A stretch of 63,020 nucleotides of DNA, the filler included, from Folioceros fuciformis (Eukaryota): NCBI GenBank assembly GCA_049999805.1. It is 4 parts of 3 records of this genome, joined end to end, with 100 filler letters (N's around TTAATTAATTAA, not from the genome) between each part and the next. Parts side by side here need not be neighbours in the genome. Positions count along the whole stretch, not along the records: positions 42,860 to 57,811 come from JBNGIO010006305.1; positions 57,912 to 63,020 come from JBNGIO010006321.1; 2 more parts are not named here. One strand, 5' to 3'. Shown here piece after piece: positions 57,781 to 63,020 of the stretch; the stretch's first letter is position 1; every line of letters starts with the position of its first letter. Below the pieces are notes generated by a model. The model was not told the origin of the DNA. It ran no database searches and worked only from the letters and a program-made list of their open reading frames with translations. A program made the translations under genes and the position numbers.

Positions 57781-57811
57781 ACTTCAATTGTTAAGGACGG
57801 GGCACGCGTGA

Positions 57812-57911
57812 NNNNNNNNNNNNNNNNNNNNNNNNNNNNNNNNNNNNNNNNNNNNTTAATTAATTAANNNNNNNNNNNNNNNNNNNNNNNNNNNNNNNNN
57901 NNNNNNNNNNN
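57812..57911. other. Artificial scaffold-join linker
   Basis: N44-TTAATTAATTAA(57856-57867)-N44. Confidence 0.95.
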
Positions 57912-58219
57912 GCTTGGGCCAGGATCTCGAGACAGGACAGGACAGAACAAGGGTTTTGCTTTGGGGAACGGGTGGTGGCTGGCTGGCTGGGCAAAATGTG
58001 TGTATAAGTGCTTGGGCCAGGATGCAGCATGCAGCAGACACCTGTCGCTCGGAACAGGGCAGGGTTGCCTCCTCTCGCTTCTGCTCTTCATGGAGTCTTG
58101 TTTGTGATGGCGCTTCATGGAGTCTTGTTTGTGATGGCGCTGTTGTTACTGACAGATTGTTTGTTGTGTCTATCAGGCATGAAGACAGATCTATTTCTCC
58201 TAGTTCAAGACTAGTGAAG

Positions 58220-59000
58220 CATGATGCACGTTGGATCACTTTGGATCTTATCAGGAAAGAAGAGAATTCCTCCAAGTGGGAGAAGCTCTTGGAGTTGTTG
58301 GCGAGGAGCATTGAGGACAAGTTGTTGGACAAGGAGAAGATGGTGAGGAGCTTTGAGGACATGTTGTTGGAAAAGGAGAAGAGGATCGCAGACAAGGAGA
58401 AGAGGATTGCAGACAAGGAGAAGAGGATTGCAGANNNNNNNNNNAGGAGAAGAGGATTGCAGACAAGGAGAAGAGGATTGCAGACAAGGAGCAGATGATC
58501 AAGGTGATGGAGGAGAATACGAAATTCTGAATCCAATGTCTAGAGTACGACCTGTTGAGGGCGTCCAACTCCAATACTCCAATACTCTGAGAGGAGTATT
58601 TGAGTTCTTCCAAGATAAACTGGAGGCGATTGTGGGGTTGAAGTTTGGTCGTCCTGACGGGAACAGGAAAGCTTGGTGGGCTGCAGTCTGCAAGGCCCAC
58701 CCTAAATTGAGTAACTGTTTACGGAAGGACACGGGCTGGGTATCTGAGGAGCAAAGGCAAGTGGTATGGTTGCAATATACGCAACCCTTTCTGGGCATGT
58801 GCATAGCAGGAAGTTTGACAGTGCAAATAGACTTGAGAGGCTCACGAAGACCTGGAGAATTGTACGGGAGCCTCTGACCTTCGAGCAAGCCCGCGCAATT
58901 GAGTGCATTGCGTATTCTTTAGATTATGATTTGGAACTTTAGATTATGATTTGGAACTTTTGGAACCCGTTGTCAGGAAAACTGTGTCCATCGCTTGGTG
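58220..59000 (+). pseudogene. Uncharacterised coiled-coil protein pseudogene with a 21 bp (ADKEKRI) tandem repeat and a globular C-terminal part
   Basis: gcagacaaggagaagaggatt repeats at 58373-58490; reconstructed frame EYDLLRASNSNTLRGVFEFF...IYATLSGHVHS...EQARAIECIA, broken by TGA at 58528, an 8 bp duplication and a small indel. Confidence 0.55.
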
Positions 59001-59113
59001 AGGCAGACTTCCATGATCGCCATTGATGACGTACTTTACTCCGTACGATAAGCATAGTTCCTTTCTGGGACCCAGAAGCGGGAAAATGCTGATGACGGTT
59101 TTGAGTTTCTGCG

Positions 59114-61748
59114 ATGTTCGTGGGCGGAGGTGTGAAGAATTGGGCAAAGAGGTCATACAAGGTTCTTCTGGAAACTGTTGGAGTTAGGAGAGTGGCATTG
59201 CGGGCAGTGGACCATGTGGATGAGCAAGGTACGGTTTGGAATGACGTGCTGTACCGGCGGATGCAGGACTGCTTGAAAGAGAGGAACCTGGGAGGTGGCA
59301 GAGAAGTGCACTCCCTTATTGTTGCAAGTGGGTTGGAGGGCAATTCTTTGTTGGGCAGCCATCTCATCCGCAGGTTCGCTGCCCTCAAGGCCTGTGGCAG
59401 CATGGCAGCTCTTGCCGCTGGCAAGTTGATTCAGGCTCATGCCGTGGAAAGTGGTTATGAGTGTCATGTATTTGTGGGGAACACCCTTATCGATATGTAT
59501 GTGAAGTGTGGGAGCTTAGAGGATGCACGTAGGGTTTTTGATGGATTGGGAGGGAGGGACCTTGTGTCCTGGACTTCGATCATAGCTGGGTATGCACAGC
59601 ACGGTCATGGTTCAGGGGGTCTGCAGCTGTTCCAGCAGATGGTGGCCACGGGATTGCAACCGGACAAGATAATGCTGGTCAGCATGTTGAAAGCATGTGC
59701 TAAGGACTCGGTGGAAGAGCATGGTAGGGAGATCCATGCGTACATCGTTGAAGCCGGTTTGGAGTCAGACCTTCTTGTGGGTAACAGTCTTGTGGACATG
59801 TACGTGAAATCTGGAAGTTTGGAAGATGCACGTGAGGTGTTCGACAGACTTTTGTTGAAAGATGGTATTACCTGGAGCACCATGCTTGCGGGATACGCTC
59901 TGCTAGGCCATGGGGTTGCAGCGCTTGAGTTGTATGAAGCCATGCACAGGGAGGGCGTCCAGGCGAACAACGTTGCACTGGTATTCTGAAAGCCTGTTCT
60001 GGCATTCAAGCTCTTGATCAGGGAAGGGTTGTTCATGCGTTTGTCATTGAACGTGGGTTAGAGTTGGATGTATCTGTTGGGGAATCCCTGATTGACATGT
60101 ATGCCAGATGTGGAAACTTAGGCAATGCCCGGCATGTGTTCAGCAGGTTGCCAGCGAGAGATGTTACCCTGTGGAATGCCATTCTTGCTGCACATGCTGA
60201 AGAGGGCAGTGATGAAGATGTGATTCAATACTTCCGCCAGATGCAAGATGAAGGCATCCAGCCGGACAAGGTCACAATCATCAACTTGCTCAAGTCATGC
60301 TCCAATCTGCAAGCCTTGGATCGGGGCAGGTTGATTCACAAGCACATCGGGGCTCAGTTCTGCAATGCGGATGTCTTTGTTGGCAGCGTCCTCATTGAAA
60401 TGTATGCCAAATGTGGAGACCTGGAAGGGGCACAGACCGTGTTTGATGGTCTGACGAAAAGAGACCTGGTGGTGTGGAATGCCTTGATTGCAGGAAAAAG
60501 CCAACAGGGAGAAGGTGACATGGCGCTACACCTCTTTCACAGTATGCTACTGGAGGGAGTGCAGCCTACGCGGGCCACTCTCGTCAGCGCGATTCAGGCG
60601 TGTGCTGCTGGAACCGCATTAGAGCATGGCAAGCTGGTGCATGCCCACATCAGGCTCCATGGCTTTGAGTCAGATATCTCCATTGGAAATACGTTGGTCG
60701 ACATGTACGCAAAGTGTGGGGCTCTTTCGCATGCGCACCAACTCTTTGCAAGGTTGGTGGCAAAGAATCGTGTGACATGGAATGCGCTGATCTCAGGATA
60801 TGCTCATCTGGATGATGGTGAGGAAGCCCTACACCTGTTCCAGCAGATGCAACAGGAAGGGGTGCAGCCAAGCAAGGTCACATTGCTGAGTATCCTGAAA
60901 GCATGCTCCAACATTGGAGCTCTGCATCAAGGGCAAGTGGTTCATGCTCACATCAAGCAAAGTCGACTGGACTCTGACACACAGCTTGGCAGCGCTCTTG
61001 TTGACATGTTTGCCAAGTGCGGGAGCTTGAGAGAAGCTCACAAGGTGTTCGACGAGCTACCTGAAAGGGATGTGGTGTCTTGGAACGCCATCATCCACGG
61101 CTATGCTCAGAGTGGTGCTGGCCAGAAGGCCCTTGAGCTGTTTCAGCAGATGCAACACGAGGGCGTACAGCCGGACACGCACATCTTCCTCTGCCTCCTT
61201 TCGGCATGCAGCCATGGCGGTTTGTTGGGTGAGGGATATCTTCTGTTCAGGTCCATGTCTCAAGACTTCAGCATCACCCCCGCGAGGGAACACTATGCAT
61301 GCATGGTGGACCTGCTGGGTCGTGCTGGATACCTCCATGAAGCAGAGGACCTCATCAAGAGCATGCCCTCTGAAGCAGGCATTGTAGTCTGGACATCTCT
61401 GCTCGGGGCACGCCAAATTCACGGCAATGTGGGGCTTGGGAGACATGCTTTTGAGCAGATCCTGCAGCTGGATGCACAGAGGCTGCCGCATATGTCTTGA
61501 TGTCAAACATCTATGCTGGAGCTGGGAACTGTGCAGAGAGCATGTTCACGAGGCAGAAAATGCGGGGTGTCGGCGTGAAGAAGGAACCTGGCAAGACTTG
61601 GATGGAATTGAATAACATGGTACATACATTTAAAGCACAAAACAATCAGCACGCGGAATTGCGCCAGATACATATGAATGACCCAATGGGTGTTATCAAG
61701 ACCCAGCACAATGGATATTACTTCTGCTTGGATTCGTTGTTGAAGTAG
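59114..61748 (+). pseudogene. PLS-E PPR gene with frameshifts (near 59980 and 61485) and an apparent internal deletion near 59380
   Basis: PLS triplets in 59114-59989 and ~59990-61500; E2 and PG box (MSNIYA...KKEPGKTWME...VHTF) in a third frame; no DYW deaminase. Confidence 0.85.
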
Positions 61749-63020
61749 TCGCGTCCCCACCGTGAACGGGCCATCACGTGCGTACAATGGGTGGAGGATC
61801 TTCACGGTCACAGACATTCCGAGACCCGGGATTGACATCGGTGCAAACCTTGCAACTTGCAACGCCACTCTTCGGGACGACTTGGCAAGGTTTGCAACGC
61901 CACTCTTCGGGACGACTTGGAGGCCGAGGTCTCTGGGATTCTGAGCTGCAGCCGACGAATCGTTGTCGTAATCGAAGTCCTACGGACGATAATGATCCGT
62001 AGCCTACGCTGACGGATCGTTATCGTAACAGAAATCGTTGGGACGACTCTGATCCGTATCCTGCGATGGGGCATGAACGAGACCCTTAGCCGATGCATGG
62101 CCAGTAGCCTACGCTGAGGCATGATCCTTAGCCTCCTAGCTGGGGACGTGTTCCCGCGCTTGCTCCGTGAGGAACAACGGTACAAGAAAGAACTCACTCA
62201 ACCCCAGCTCATCAGACTTGCCTCCATCAATGCCTTGCATCCAAACCTACAGGTAAATACGCTCAACATAAACCACACGGCAAACACGATCAGTACCTCC
62301 CAAATGAAATGATACTAGGAATCAACCATGCTTCCTTCCCAGCGCGGCAACGACCTGTCGAGCGGATCAGGCCGCAAATACAGCAAGGCGCTGGCCAACA
62401 CGCAACGCCGTCACTGCAGATTTGCGACTTAACGCCAGGAAGAGCCGTCATGCACATCATAGCATCGCTCTGAGCCTTCTTCCAATTCCCTCTGCGCACT
62501 TCAGCCTCACTCCTTGTCCTCCCCTAATCCTCACGTCCTGTGATGGTTTCGTCACCTCTAAAAGCCGTCGTTCCGTCTTCTGTTGCAGAAGAAAAGCCTG
62601 GGAGGATCCAGAAAGGCCGCTATAGAGCAGTTTCCGCCGATCGACATCCCCCAGCCTTACAGCTGCAATCTGACTCTCCCTTGACAGACCAATTCCAGCT
62701 CCACCCCTGCCACAACTGTTTTCGAAATTCGAAAACATTGCTGCCTACTCCGCGATCCGCAATTTGCCCGTTCCCTCGATGTTGAGCAAGGTTGGAATCG
62801 GAGGGCGCCCTTCCGCTGTTCGTTGGGGTTTACTACGATTGCTGAAGCGCAGCGTGGCTTGTAGCAAGATCGGCTGGGTCGAGACTCCAACTTGGCTCGG
62901 GTTCCCGACCAGGAGGCGGGGACACGGCGTGCCCGTCCCAAAGAGCTCGCTTGCACGTTGCAACTCGCAAGCAATGGTGCGCTCTGTTTCGAGGTCGCCT
63001 TCCCGCACGAGGAGGCGCAC

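Noticed and set aside
62290..63020. Minus-strand frame open to the window edge with one stop
   Set aside because: No recognisable motif; truncated by the window, so it cannot be supported

Overview
Eukaryotic land-plant nuclear DNA with short GT-AG introns. A PLS-class PPR gene with a PGxSWW box and 'long L' motifs suggests a hornwort or another seed-free plant (inference). The window is four scaffolds joined by artificial N44-TTAATTAATTAA-N44 linkers (24715-24814, 42760-42859, 57812-57911), so adjacency across those joins is unproven. Intact-looking genes: intronless plastid malonyl-CoA:ACP transacylase, NAA38/LSM-domain protein, multi-exon Rab3GAP catalytic subunit, a two-exon alpha/beta-hydrolase, organellar valyl-tRNA synthetase, a PLS-E PPR editing factor with a truncated WW-type DYW start, and YlmG/YGGT. 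Accessory DNA: a ~2.7 kb modular foldback palindrome, a scrambled local duplicate of Rab3GAP that supplies the hydrolase stop codon, a subtilase remnant, an Athila-like Gypsy remnant whose apparent LTR carries an ORF and folds into a ~1 kb hairpin, a nested Copia stack, a Myb/SANT remnant, an orphan coiled-coil pseudogene and a PPR pseudogene. All family assignments come from motif recognition; no searches were run.
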